The notes: a model not told the origin generated them from the letters alone. Positions 26,480 to 36,634 are shown, numbered from the stretch's first letter. The stretch: DNA of 64,000 nucleotides from Betaproteobacteria bacterium (GCA_028292405.1 JAQGMJ010000028.1:48676-112675); one strand, 5' to 3'. Made by a program: numbers and translations.

Positions 26480-27901
26480 ATGAGCGAGCATCAATGCGCG
26501 CCTGGCTGCGGCCATCCCTCGCATGGGGAAGCCGCGCGGGCGCAAGAGGAACTGGCGCAAGCGCGGCGCGACCTCGGGGGTGAATTTCCGGCCTCCGCTT
26601 CCGCGCGCGTGACAGGGGTGCCGGTCACGCCGGGCACGATCCCCGGTGTTGGCATGGCGCGCCACCATTTTGTGCCCGCCACCGACAAGACGGTGCACTG
26701 GGGCCATTTCAGTGCGGCACTTGCGCCTCTGGTCGAAGTGCAATCCGGCGACTTCGTCACCGTCGAGACCCTGACTCACCAGGCACCCGACGACACCGAG
26801 CGCATGGTGCGCGGCGACCCCGGCGCCGAGAGCGTGTTCCGCTGGGACGCAAAGCAGAAAAACGTCGACCGGCGCGGCGCCGGCGCGATGGACAGCCCGG
26901 TGGGCGCCGGCGGCGGGCTGGGCGCGCACGTCTGCACCGGGCCCGTCGCCGTCAAAGGTGCGCAACCCGGCGACGTGCTCGAAGTGCGCATCATCGACGT
27001 GCACCTGCGCCCCTGCGGCAATCCGCAATATGCCGGCAAGGCCTTCGGCAGCAACGCGGCGGGCTGGTGGGGCTTTCACTACGGCGACACGGTGGAAGAG
27101 CCGAAAAAGCGCGAAGTGATCACGATTTTCGAGCTCGACACCAGCGGCGAGCGCAACTGGGCGCGCGCGGTATACAACTTCCGCTGGACGCCGCAGACCG
27201 ACCCCTTTGGCGTGGTGCATTCGATCATGGACTATCCCGGCGTGCCGGTCGATCACTCGACCATCACCAAGAACTACGATGTGCTGAAGGGCTACCGCAT
27301 TCCGATCCGCCCACACTTCGGCGTGATGGGCGTCGCGCCGGCCACCAGCGAGCTGGTCAACACCAATCCGCCCAGCTTCACCGGCGGCAACATCGACAAC
27401 TGGCGCATCCGCAAGGGCGCGACCATGTATTACCCGGTGGCGGCGGCGGGCGCGCTGTTCTCCGTCGGCGACCCGCATGCCTCGCAAGGCGATTCGGAAT
27501 TGTGCGGCACCGCCATCGAGTGCTCGCTGACCGGCACTTTCCAGCTGATCCTGCACAAGCAGGGCAGCCTCGCCGGCACCGCGCTCGAAGGGCTGACGTA
27601 TCCGCTGCTGAAGACAGCGGATGAGTGGATCGTGCACGGCTTCAGCTATGGCGACTATCTGACCGAACTCGGCCCCGATGCGCAAAGCGCGATTTTCGAG
27701 AAGTCATCGATGGACCGCGCCATGCGCGCCGCCTATCGCAACATGCGCCATTTCCTGATGACGACCCAGGGCCTCTCCGAGGACGAGGCTATCGCGCTGA
27801 TGTCCATCGCGGTGGATTTCGGCGTCACCCAGGTGGTGGACGGCAACTGGGGGATCCACGCCATCGTCAAGAAGAGCCTGTTTCCTGCGGACCGCGAATA
27901 G
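26480..27901 (+). CDS. Acetamidase/formamidase family protein
   Basis: TVHWG, HVCTGPVAVKGAQPGDVLEV, GGNIDN, GDPHASQGDSE. GAGGAG RBS. Confidence 0.92.
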   Translation: MSEHQCAPGCGHPSHGEAARAQEELAQARRDLGGEFPASASARVTGVPVTPGTIPGVGMARHHFVPATDKTVHWGHFSAALAPLVEVQSGDFVTVETLTHQAPDDTERMVRGDPGAESVFRWDAKQKNVDRRGAGAMDSPVGAGGGLGAHVCTGPVAVKGAQPGDVLEVRIIDVHLRPCGNPQYAGKAFGSNAAGWWGFHYGDTVEEPKKREVITIFELDTSGERNWARAVYNFRWTPQTDPFGVVHSIMDYPGVPVDHSTITKNYDVLKGYRIPIRPHFGVMGVAPATSELVNTNPPSFTGGNIDNWRIRKGATMYYPVAAAGALFSVGDPHASQGDSELCGTAIECSLTGTFQLILHKQGSLAGTALEGLTYPLLKTADEWIVHGFSYGDYLTELGPDAQSAIFEKSSMDRAMRAAYRNMRHFLMTTQGLSEDEAIALMSIAVDFGVTQVVDGNWGIHAIVKKSLFPADRE

Positions 27902-28259
27902 GCAGTACCTCGATCTGAAAGCGGCGCGCCGATGCTACAAAATTAAATGCTGCGGAATCGCAATCAGGCCTTGCGAGCGCGACCTTTCCGGCCTTGATGC
28001 TGCATGCGGTTCTGCAATGATGGCTCGTCCGAGTTAAACATCCGATTCCGCGATTCAGGCATTCGTCATCTCCTCGAATTGAGCGCATATCTTCCTCAGC
28101 AATGACAATCGGTTATTACATAACTACACCGGAGGCGTCCAATAGCGCCCGCGGCGATGCGAATCGGCGCATCGCCTTGGCGGAATCCATTTTTGATAGA
28201 TAATTCGTCCGCCCAACAAGCTTTTACCCCAGCCGCGGCAGGAAAAAGGGACCATATCG

Positions 28260-29054
28260 ATGGGAATAGGAGCACAGTCCCCAGCCTGGCGTCGGCTTTT
28301 GTTACGCACGTTCGGCTCGACGTATTTCCGGCGCAAAGTATGCTTCGAAGGTGGCGCATTTGAGGCCTACCTGTCGCCGGGAAGCAGCCTCAAATTTCTG
28401 CGCCTATCCGGTGCGCGCGTCGACCAAGTGCATCAGCGCTTCATTTCCAGCTGGATAAAGCCAGATTCGGTAGTCTGGGATATCGGCATGAATGTCGGTA
28501 TGTTCGCCTTTCCAGCTGCGGTGCGGGCGGCGCAAGGCCATGTCTATGGATTCGAAGCCGACGTCGAACTGGCAGCCAACCTGCTGCGCAGTCAGCGCCT
28601 GCCACTCAACCGATCGCTGCATTTGTCGGTTTTTTGCATCGCCCTTTCAGACGCGGATAGCACCGCGAACTTTGAAATCTCCCGATACAGCCGCGCCATG
28701 AACAAGCTGCAGGGCGTCGGCGAATGGCATCAATCGGCTGTAGCTGTGAAGGAATTGCGGTCAGTCGCTACCATGCGCATCGATACCCTGGCGCAATCCC
28801 TGCCTCCTCCGGATGTCATCAAGATCGATGTGGAAGGAGCTGAAGCAAGGGTTCTCGAAGGCGGCGCGGCAACCATCGCGCGCCATCGACCGATAATGTT
28901 GGTCGAAGGACCTAGAGAACTCTGGGAGCAGATCGGTGCGTTTTTCAGCCGCCTTGACTACGTCATGCTTGACGGCGCGGCGGAACAACCTGTCCCTTTG
29001 CAAACACCGGTTTGGGATACCGTGGCAGTGCCCCGGGAAAAACATCGACCATAA
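28260..29054 (+). CDS. FkbM-family SAM methyltransferase
   Basis: VWDIGMNVG, FEA, IKIDVEGAE..VL.G. Many A/T-ending codons. Confidence 0.88.
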   Translation: MGIGAQSPAWRRLLLRTFGSTYFRRKVCFEGGAFEAYLSPGSSLKFLRLSGARVDQVHQRFISSWIKPDSVVWDIGMNVGMFAFPAAVRAAQGHVYGFEADVELAANLLRSQRLPLNRSLHLSVFCIALSDADSTANFEISRYSRAMNKLQGVGEWHQSAVAVKELRSVATMRIDTLAQSLPPPDVIKIDVEGAEARVLEGGAATIARHRPIMLVEGPRELWEQIGAFFSRLDYVMLDGAAEQPVPLQTPVWDTVAVPREKHRP

Positions 29055-29258
29055 AAATTCCCGGAGACCTGGCCTCCGAGCATCGTTCACGCCGCTTCGA
29101 CTTGGCTGTAGGGTGCCCGAATCCGCCTTGGTGGATCCCTTGCGGAGCGATCTAGATTTCCTGCTTGCCGGCCTCGATGGCAGCGACGCGGCCGATTTAG
29201 CGATCAGCCGGATTCCAAAGACCCTGACTATCGCAATAACCCGCGCCTCGAAACGCCG

Positions 29259-30245
29259 CTATTTCAAAATATTTCGCGCCGCCGCCTCGATCTTGGCGGC
29301 GGATAGGCGCGATTCGTCTTCCAGCACCTGCGCATAGCCCACCGGAATGCGCGGCGCGCCTAGGCGCGCGACCTTGCAGCCGACATGCTCGGCGACGCTC
29401 GCCGCCACTTCGGCGCCGAAGCCCGCCACCTGCACGGCTTCATGCACCACCAGCACCTTGCGCGTTTTGACGGCGGAAGCAAACACGGTCTCGCGATCCC
29501 ACGGCCAGAGGGTGCGCAGGTCGATCACCTCGGCGGCAATGCCTGCCTTGCCGAGGCTGGCAGCCGCCTGCACCGCCAGACTGACGCCTCGCGACCAGGT
29601 GACGATGGTCAGGTCGCCGCCCTGGGTCAACACGTTTGCGCGGCCCAGCGGCACTTCGCTGCCAACCGTCACTTCGCCGGTCAAGCCCCAGAGTTCCTTG
29701 TGTTCCATGTAAATCACCGGGTCGCCGGAATCCAGCGCGCTTTTCAGCAGGCCGTAGTTGTCTGCCGGCGTGCCGGGCACGGCAACCACCAGGCCAGGCA
29801 TGTGCGCGAACCAGGCTTCGAGCGACTGCGAGTGCTGCGCGGCGGAGGCGCTCCAGATGCCGATGGGCATGCGCGCCACCAGCGGCACCCGGCCCTGGCC
29901 GCCGAACATGTAGCGATTCTTCGCGGCCTGGTTGACGATCTCGTCCATCGCGCACAGGGCGAAGTCGATCACGCGCATTTCCACCACCGGCTTCAAACCG
30001 GCGAGCGCCATGCCGACGGCGGCGCCCATGATGTTGGCCTCCGAGATCGGCGTGTCGATGATGCGGTCCGGAAACTCCTGCGGCAGGCCGCGATACTGGC
30101 CGAACACGCCGCCGCGGCCCAGGTCTTCGCCGAGCGCGACGATGCGCGCATCGGCGCGCATTTTTTCGCGCAGCGCGAGGCAGGCGGCCTCGGCGTAGGT
30201 CATTTGTTGCGTGTGCATGGCCGTCTTGCGCTCGGGCGCGTTCAT
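29259..30245 (-). CDS. TPP-dependent 2-oxoacid/acetoin dehydrogenase E1 beta subunit
   Basis: LGEDLG, DTPISE, AAQHSQSLE, EVIDLRTL.P. Confidence 0.93.
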   Translation of the reverse strand: MNAPERKTAMHTQQMTYAEAACLALREKMRADARIVALGEDLGRGGVFGQYRGLPQEFPDRIIDTPISEANIMGAAVGMALAGLKPVVEMRVIDFALCAMDEIVNQAAKNRYMFGGQGRVPLVARMPIGIWSASAAQHSQSLEAWFAHMPGLVVAVPGTPADNYGLLKSALDSGDPVIYMEHKELWGLTGEVTVGSEVPLGRANVLTQGGDLTIVTWSRGVSLAVQAAASLGKAGIAAEVIDLRTLWPWDRETVFASAVKTRKVLVVHEAVQVAGFGAEVAASVAEHVGCKVARLGAPRIPVGYAQVLEDESRLSAAKIEAAARNILK

Positions 30246-31264
30246 CGCCAGGCTCCCGTCACCGTGTTCATGATGTCTTCGTAAGCCGCTGAGGCCTGTG
30301 GCCAGGGCGCGGCATCGGCCGTAGCCAGGGCCGCAGCGATTTCCTGCCCGGCTTCGCCGTCGATCGCGTCAACTGCGGCGGCCGGCACGCCACGTTCCAG
30401 CAGCTTGGCGCGCGCCAGCAGCAGTGGATCGGATTGCTTGGCTGTTTCAACTTCCCTGGCGTCGCGATAGCTGCCCGGGTCCACCGATACATGGCCCTTG
30501 AAGCGGTAGGTGACCGCATGCAAAAAGCGCGGGCCGCCGCCGGCACGCACTTGAGCAGCCAGGCGGGCGGCGGCGGCATCGACCGCTTCGACGTCGTTGC
30601 CGTCGACCTTCTCCGAGGCAATCGCCAGCGCCTTGGCACGCGCGGAGACGCCCTTGCCCGCCGTCATCGGGCCGGTCGGGGTGGTGGCGGAAATGCGGTT
30701 GTCCTCGCAGACAAACAGCACCGGCAACTGGTACACCTGGGCCCAGTTCAGGCCCTCGAGAAAAGGGCCGCGGTTGGCGGCGCCATCGCCAAAAAAGCAG
30801 GCGACGATGTTCGGCTGCTTGCGCAGTTTCAGCGCATGGGCGGCGCCGGTGGCGATCGGAATGCCTGCCGCCACCACGCCGTTGGCGCCCAGCATGCCGA
30901 CCGAGAAATCGGCGATGTGCATGGAGCCGCCCTTGCCGTGGTTATAGCCGGTGGCGCGGCCGAACAGCTCGCACATCATCCGCGCCGGGTCGGCGCCCTT
31001 GGCCAGCGTATGGCCGTGGCCGCGGTGGGTGGAAGTCAGCAGGTCTTTGCGAACCAGATTGGCGCAGACGCCGACAGCCACCGCCTCCTGGCCGGTGGAA
31101 AGATGCAGCGGGCCGCGCACCTTGGCCGGGGTAGCGTTCTCGGCCAGGCCCCAGGCGGCGACGCCACCCTGGCTGGCCGTTTCGGCGGCATCCTCGAATG
31201 CGCGGATCCGGCGCATCACGCGGTAAAGGTCGAGCAGGCGTTGCTGGGGCACGGGTAGCACCAC
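30242..31264 (-). CDS. TPP-dependent 2-oxoacid/acetoin dehydrogenase E1 alpha subunit
   Basis: GQEA, STHRGHGH, GKGGSMH, TPP motif FGDGAAN...EDN, YRFKGH. Confidence 0.93.
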   Translation of the reverse strand: MVLPVPQQRLLDLYRVMRRIRAFEDAAETASQGGVAAWGLAENATPAKVRGPLHLSTGQEAVAVGVCANLVRKDLLTSTHRGHGHTLAKGADPARMMCELFGRATGYNHGKGGSMHIADFSVGMLGANGVVAAGIPIATGAAHALKLRKQPNIVACFFGDGAANRGPFLEGLNWAQVYQLPVLFVCEDNRISATTPTGPMTAGKGVSARAKALAIASEKVDGNDVEAVDAAAARLAAQVRAGGGPRFLHAVTYRFKGHVSVDPGSYRDAREVETAKQSDPLLLARAKLLERGVPAAAVDAIDGEAGQEIAAALATADAAPWPQASAAYEDIMNTVTGAWR

Positions 31265-31504
31265 GAGTGGGCAAAGCGTAAAAGTTTAGCAGCTTGTGCC
31301 GCGCGGCAGATGCCTTTGGCGGCCCGGTCGATGTTGCAGCGCGAGGAATAGGGGCTTTTCCCGCTCCATTTCGAAGCCAGCCGCATACGCCCCCGCCGCT
31401 ACCATGCATGCTCTGGAAATGTGTCGCCACGGCGCGGAGCCGTGCGCGATTGCGGGGCGCTCCTGCCACATACCCTGGCAATTCCATCATTCAAGAACAA
31501 GCAC

Positions 31505-32785
31505 ATGCAAGCACGCGCGTCGATCGATCAGTTGAAAGTGGGGGTCTATATCCATCTCGACCTGGGATGGATGGACCATCCTTTCGGCTTCAGCAGCTTC
31601 AAGATCAAATCCGTGGAGCAGATCGGCACTCTGCGCCAGCTCGGGCTGACCTCGGTGCGCATCGATCCGGACAAAAGCGATGCCGCGATAGACCCGATCC
31701 GGCCGCAGGCGCCTGCCGCGATCCACCTCGCCGCCACGGCCACCCCGTCCCCCCCGGCCCATCCGGAGCCGCCTTCGCTTTCCCCGGCCTTGCAGGCCAA
31801 GCATGAGCGCCAGAAAAAGCTGGCCGAAAAGCGCGAAGCCATCGCGCGTGTCGAACGCCGCTACCAGAAAACCGCCGAAGGATTGCGCAGACTGCAGAAC
31901 TCCCTGCAAAAATCGCCCGCGCAAAGCATGGTCGAAGTCGCCGCGCTGGCCCATTCGCTGTCGAGCGACCTGCTGGCGCAACCGGAAATCGCCCTGTTCG
32001 CCATGCACTCGCAATCGCCCAACCAGGAACCGCATGCGCATGCGCTAAACGTGGCGCTCTTGAGCCTGGTGATCGCCCGCGAAATGCAGATCGCCGGGGA
32101 CGAAGGCGCGCTGCTGGTACAAGGCGCGTTCTATCACGACCTCGGCCTGCGCGAAGTGCCCTCGCGCATTTTGATGAAGACCGAAGCCCTTTCTTCCTCC
32201 GAGCGCGCGGCGCGCGAGGAGCATGTCGAATCCGGCGTGCGGTTCGCGCGCGATTTGCAGCTGCCGCTGCCGGTGATCGAGATCATCGCCCACCATCATG
32301 TGCTGATGGACGGCTCGGGCTATCCCGCAGGCATGCAGCCGGCCAGCCTCTCCTCGCTGGCGCGCATCGTCGCGCTGGTGAACCAGTACGACAACCTGTG
32401 CAACAACGCCATCCTGGCCCGCTCGCTCACGCCGCACGAGGCGCTTTCGCTGCTGTTCAAGCAGCAACGCCAGAAGTTCGATGAAAAGGCGCTGCAGATC
32501 CTGATCCGCTGCCTCGGCGTCTATCCGCCGGGCACGCTGGTGCAGCTATCCAACGATACGGTCTGCGTGGTGTCATCGGTCAACACCGCACGCCCGCTGC
32601 GGCCGACCGTGGTGGCGTATGACGCCAAAACACCGCGCGAGGCCCCGATGGTGGTCGACCTGCTGGAAGAGAAGGACATCAACATCCGCGCCGCCCTGCG
32701 GCGCTCGCAGGTACCGGCCAACGTGCTTGACTACCTCACCGGGCGCGGGCGCGTCACCTATTTCTACGAGCGCGCGGAAGCCTGA
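31505..32785 (+). CDS. HD-GYP domain protein with DUF3391-like N-terminus
   Basis: LKVGVYI.LD.GWMDHPF, HALNV, YHDLG, HH..MDGSGYP, LGVYPPGT.V.L. Confidence 0.9.
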   Translation: MQARASIDQLKVGVYIHLDLGWMDHPFGFSSFKIKSVEQIGTLRQLGLTSVRIDPDKSDAAIDPIRPQAPAAIHLAATATPSPPAHPEPPSLSPALQAKHERQKKLAEKREAIARVERRYQKTAEGLRRLQNSLQKSPAQSMVEVAALAHSLSSDLLAQPEIALFAMHSQSPNQEPHAHALNVALLSLVIAREMQIAGDEGALLVQGAFYHDLGLREVPSRILMKTEALSSSERAAREEHVESGVRFARDLQLPLPVIEIIAHHHVLMDGSGYPAGMQPASLSSLARIVALVNQYDNLCNNAILARSLTPHEALSLLFKQQRQKFDEKALQILIRCLGVYPPGTLVQLSNDTVCVVSSVNTARPLRPTVVAYDAKTPREAPMVVDLLEEKDINIRAALRRSQVPANVLDYLTGRGRVTYFYERAEA

Positions 32786-32791
32786 GCGCGC

Positions 32792-34375
32792 ATGTCCATG
32801 ACCGTGCCTTCGGCAGACCTGCTATCGAACCACGCCAGCGAAGCGCTGCTGGCGGTGGACCCGGTCACGCTGAAAGTCGTGCGGGCCAACGCGACCGCCG
32901 CCGGATGGCTGGGGTACGAGGACGGATTGCATGGCAGGGCGGTCACCGACATCGACGTCTCCCTGGCCGGCGCCGTGTTCTGGAACGAAGCCTGCGCCGG
33001 CGTGCGCGAGAATCTGGACCGCGTCGAGACGCAATACAGGCGCGGCGACGGCAGCCTGGTCGATGTCGTGCAAAGCGTATTCGCGGTCCAGGAAGACGGG
33101 AGCGATTACTTCGTGGTCCGCGCTTCCGGGGCGAAACGCCCCTCCCTGTCGGATCAGGCCGCGGCGGACTACGCCACCCAGCTTCGCACCATCCTGGAGG
33201 CCACCGCCGAAGGCATCATGGTGCTCGACACCGCCCAGGAGGTGGTCAGCATCAATCATCGCCTGGCGGCGCTCTGGTCCCTGCCGGGCGAGGCCATCGC
33301 CGGCGGCGACAGCGCGCAGATATTGACCCTGATGGGCGCGCAATTGCCGGTAGCGGCGGACGCACCCTCCTGCCTGCATGCCCTGCTCTCCGGCGCCTAC
33401 CGGCAGATGAGCCAGGTCATCACCCTGCGCAACGGCCGCACGCTGGAGAAGCGCGCGCAGCCGCACCTGGTCGATGGCCGCAGCCTGGGGACCATCCTGA
33501 CCTTCATCGACGTCACCGACCGGGTGCACGCGGAACTCAGCCTGAAGTCCGACCGCGATTATCTGGTCGACCTGGTGTCGCGGCAGATCGCCGACCTGCG
33601 CCGGGCGCGCGATGAGGCGGAGCAGGCCAATCTGGCGAAGAGCAAATTCCTGGCGACCATCTCGCACGAACTGCGCACGCCGATGCACGCCATCCTGAGC
33701 TTTTCCGGCTTCGGCGAGCGTGGCTATGCCAGCAGCCCGCCGGAACAGATACGGCGCTATTTCTCGCGTATCAGCCAGGCAGGCGGCCAGTTGCTGGGGC
33801 TGATCGACGACTTGCTGGATCTGTCCAAATCGCGCGCCGGCAGGCTTTCCGTGGCGCGGGAAATGCAGGACATCCGCCCGGTGATCGACAAGGTCGTGCA
33901 GGAGATGTCGGCGCTTGCCGATGGCAAGCAGCTCGGCCTGGGATGGCGCTTCGAGCACGAGCCGTCGATGGCCGCGATCGACGCCATCCGGCTGGGCCAG
34001 GTGGTGAGAAACCTGCTGTCCAACGCCATCAAGTTCACGCCGTCCGGCGGCGCGGTCGAGCTGCGCCTGTCGCGCGAGACGGACGGGGCCGGCCAGCCCT
34101 GGCACCGGCTGGACGTCGGCGACAACGGCTCCGGCATCCCGGAGGATGAACTGGAACTGATTTTCGAGCAATTCGAACAAGGCAAGGGGGCTGGCCTGGT
34201 TTCCGGCGGCACCGGCCTGGGCCTGGCGATCGCGCGGGAGCTGGCGCGCGCCCACGGCGGCGACATTTCGGCCGCGAACAATCCGGGAGGCGGCGCCATC
34301 TTCACCCTCTTGTTGCCGGCGCAAGCGGCCGCCGGGGAGCGGCCGGGCGCGCGCGATCTGCTGATCCGGGCATAA
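32792..34375 (+). CDS. Soluble PAS-PAS sensor histidine kinase
   Basis: Two PAS-like regions, SHELRTP, NLLSNAIKFT, DNGSGI, GGTGLGL. No TM or receiver domain. Confidence 0.92.
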   Translation: MSMTVPSADLLSNHASEALLAVDPVTLKVVRANATAAGWLGYEDGLHGRAVTDIDVSLAGAVFWNEACAGVRENLDRVETQYRRGDGSLVDVVQSVFAVQEDGSDYFVVRASGAKRPSLSDQAAADYATQLRTILEATAEGIMVLDTAQEVVSINHRLAALWSLPGEAIAGGDSAQILTLMGAQLPVAADAPSCLHALLSGAYRQMSQVITLRNGRTLEKRAQPHLVDGRSLGTILTFIDVTDRVHAELSLKSDRDYLVDLVSRQIADLRRARDEAEQANLAKSKFLATISHELRTPMHAILSFSGFGERGYASSPPEQIRRYFSRISQAGGQLLGLIDDLLDLSKSRAGRLSVAREMQDIRPVIDKVVQEMSALADGKQLGLGWRFEHEPSMAAIDAIRLGQVVRNLLSNAIKFTPSGGAVELRLSRETDGAGQPWHRLDVGDNGSGIPEDELELIFEQFEQGKGAGLVSGGTGLGLAIARELARAHGGDISAANNPGGGAIFTLLLPAQAAAGERPGARDLLIRA

Positions 34376-34585
34376 CGCCTTTTACCGGCACGACCGTGCT
34401 TTTTGACGCCACGGCGCAACGCCGCGAGTCCCCGTTCCAGGGCGGGCCCGGCAATCCGGAGGCACCGGCAATCCAGCTGGAAATAACAACAGCAAGATGT
34501 GGTAACCTCTTGAGAGAGAAGCGTTGTGTCTACCGGAGGGGAAGTATCGGTTGCAGCGCAAGCAAGGCCCCAGGGAGAGATACGG

Positions 34586-36634
34586 ATGGCCCAAGAAGAT
34601 TCCGGCAAAGAGGGGACGTTCGACGCAGACGATCTGTCGAACGCCAAGACCATTGTCGTCCCGCGCGACCCGATGGCGCAGACCGGCACGCACACGATGG
34701 TCGACCAGAGCGCGCCCAAGCATCGCGGCGTGCTCGCCACCGATTTCACCGGCCCTTCCTATTCCGAACTGAAGCGCCGCGCCCAGGGCCAGCAGGACAG
34801 CCGGGTGGCGCTGCCGATCGGCTTCCAACTCCACGAATACACCATCGAGCGCATCCTCGGCATCGGCGGTTTCGGCATTTCCTACCTGGCGCATGACACC
34901 AACCTGAACGCCAAGGTGGCGATCAAGGAATACCTGCCCGGCGAAATGGCGGTGCGCGACGACCAAGCGCCCACCGTGATGCCCAAGGCGTCCGACTACG
35001 AAGAAGACTACCGCAACGGCCTCGAGCGCTTCCTGATGGAATGCCGCACCCTGGCCACCTTCCGCCATCCGAACATCGTGCGGGTGTCGCGCTTTTTCGA
35101 GGCGCACAACACTGCCTACATGGTGATGGAGTTCGAGTACGGCGAATCGCTCGCCTCCTGGCTGAAAAAGCGCCAGGACAGCGGCGAAGGCCCGCCGGAC
35201 GAGACCGGCATGCTGCGCATGTTCGAGCCGCTGATGCAGGGGCTGGAGGTGGTGCACAAGGGCGGCTTCATGCACCGCGACATCAAGCCGGCGAACATCT
35301 ACGTGCGCGACGTCGACGGCAGCCTGGTGCTGCTGGACTTCGGCGCCGCGCGCCAGGCTTCGGCCGGCGGCTCCAAGGGCCTGACATCGATCGTCACGCC
35401 GGGCTACGCGCCGTTCGAGCAATATCACTCGCATGGCCGCCAGGGGCCCTGGTCGGACATCTACGCCCTAGGCGGGGTGCTGTACTGGATGGTCTGCGGC
35501 AAAAAACCGATCGAGGCGGCCGCGCGCCTGCAGAGCGACCCGCAGGAGCCGGCCAGCGAAGTGGCCAAGGGAAAGTACAGCGTCCGTTTTTTGCAGGCGA
35601 TCGACTGGGCGCTGGCCCCGGACGACCAGAAGCGCCCGCAATCGATCCAGGAATTCCTGCCGGTGCTGGTGGGCGACGTCGATTTCAAGACGATCAATCG
35701 CGGCTATACCGGCAGGCCCGCCAAGGGGGGTCGCGGCTGGGTCAAATGGGCCGTCGGCGGCGCCGTTGCCGCGGTATTGCTGGTGGCCGTGGGTGTCGGC
35801 CTGGCGCTCAAGCTGGGCGGCGCCGGCGGCGCCGGCGGCGCGGTGATCCAGATGGGCATCGTCCCGGGCACCAGCGGCGCCACCGAGGAAATCCAGATCA
35901 AGGCTTCGCTGGCCAAGTTCTCCGACTACCTGAAGAAGGCCACCGGGCGCGACGTCAACATTACCGTCACCGACAGCTTTGCTCTCAACGGCAAGGAACC
36001 GAAGTTCGACATGATCCTCGGGCCGACCTACGACATCGGCCTGGCCGCGCGCGACAAGAAGTACGCGGTGATCGGCAAGTTCCGCGACGTGGCGGCGCTG
36101 TTCGTCACCCGTTTCGACGCGCCGATCGACAGCATGGACGACATGAAGGAAAAGCGCATGGGCCTGCAGACCCGCAACGGCATGACCGGGCCGATGGCCG
36201 CGCGCGTGCTCACCGCCGGCGGCCTGGTGCTGGACAAGGCGTTCTCCAAGTTCGAGGAGTTCAGCACCACCCACGAAGACGACGTCGCCGAGGCCCTGGT
36301 GCAGAACAAGGTCGACGTGGTGGCGCTTTCCCCCGGCGGTTACGAGGAAGCCGAAAAGCGCTATCCGGACAAGCTGAAACTGGTGACCACCAGCGACCCG
36401 ATGCCGGGCTTCGCCATCGCCGTGCGCAGCGACCTGAACCAGGACGAGTCGCTGAAAATCGCCCAGGGGCTTTACCGCATCGACGACAACGAGGAAGGCA
36501 AGGCCGCGCTGAAGGCGATCAACCTCGGCTCGGCCGCCGGCAGCCTGGACATCAAACAGGCCACTTCGCGCGAGTACATCCGCGCCGCCGAGAGCATCGA
36601 AGAGGCGCGCAAACTGTATCCGCCGAAGAAATAA
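34586..36634 (+). CDS. Transmembrane Hanks-type Ser/Thr kinase with C-terminal PhnD-like solute-binding domain
   Basis: GIGGFGISY, VAIKE, HRDIKPANI, DFG, TPGYAPFEQ, SDIYALG. One TM segment. C-domain MGIVP...DYLKKATG...TSDPMPGFAIAVRSDL. Confidence 0.9.
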   Translation: MAQEDSGKEGTFDADDLSNAKTIVVPRDPMAQTGTHTMVDQSAPKHRGVLATDFTGPSYSELKRRAQGQQDSRVALPIGFQLHEYTIERILGIGGFGISYLAHDTNLNAKVAIKEYLPGEMAVRDDQAPTVMPKASDYEEDYRNGLERFLMECRTLATFRHPNIVRVSRFFEAHNTAYMVMEFEYGESLASWLKKRQDSGEGPPDETGMLRMFEPLMQGLEVVHKGGFMHRDIKPANIYVRDVDGSLVLLDFGAARQASAGGSKGLTSIVTPGYAPFEQYHSHGRQGPWSDIYALGGVLYWMVCGKKPIEAAARLQSDPQEPASEVAKGKYSVRFLQAIDWALAPDDQKRPQSIQEFLPVLVGDVDFKTINRGYTGRPAKGGRGWVKWAVGGAVAAVLLVAVGVGLALKLGGAGGAGGAVIQMGIVPGTSGATEEIQIKASLAKFSDYLKKATGRDVNITVTDSFALNGKEPKFDMILGPTYDIGLAARDKKYAVIGKFRDVAALFVTRFDAPIDSMDDMKEKRMGLQTRNGMTGPMAARVLTAGGLVLDKAFSKFEEFSTTHEDDVAEALVQNKVDVVALSPGGYEEAEKRYPDKLKLVTTSDPMPGFAIAVRSDLNQDESLKIAQGLYRIDDNEEGKAALKAINLGSAAGSLDIKQATSREYIRAAESIEEARKLYPPKK

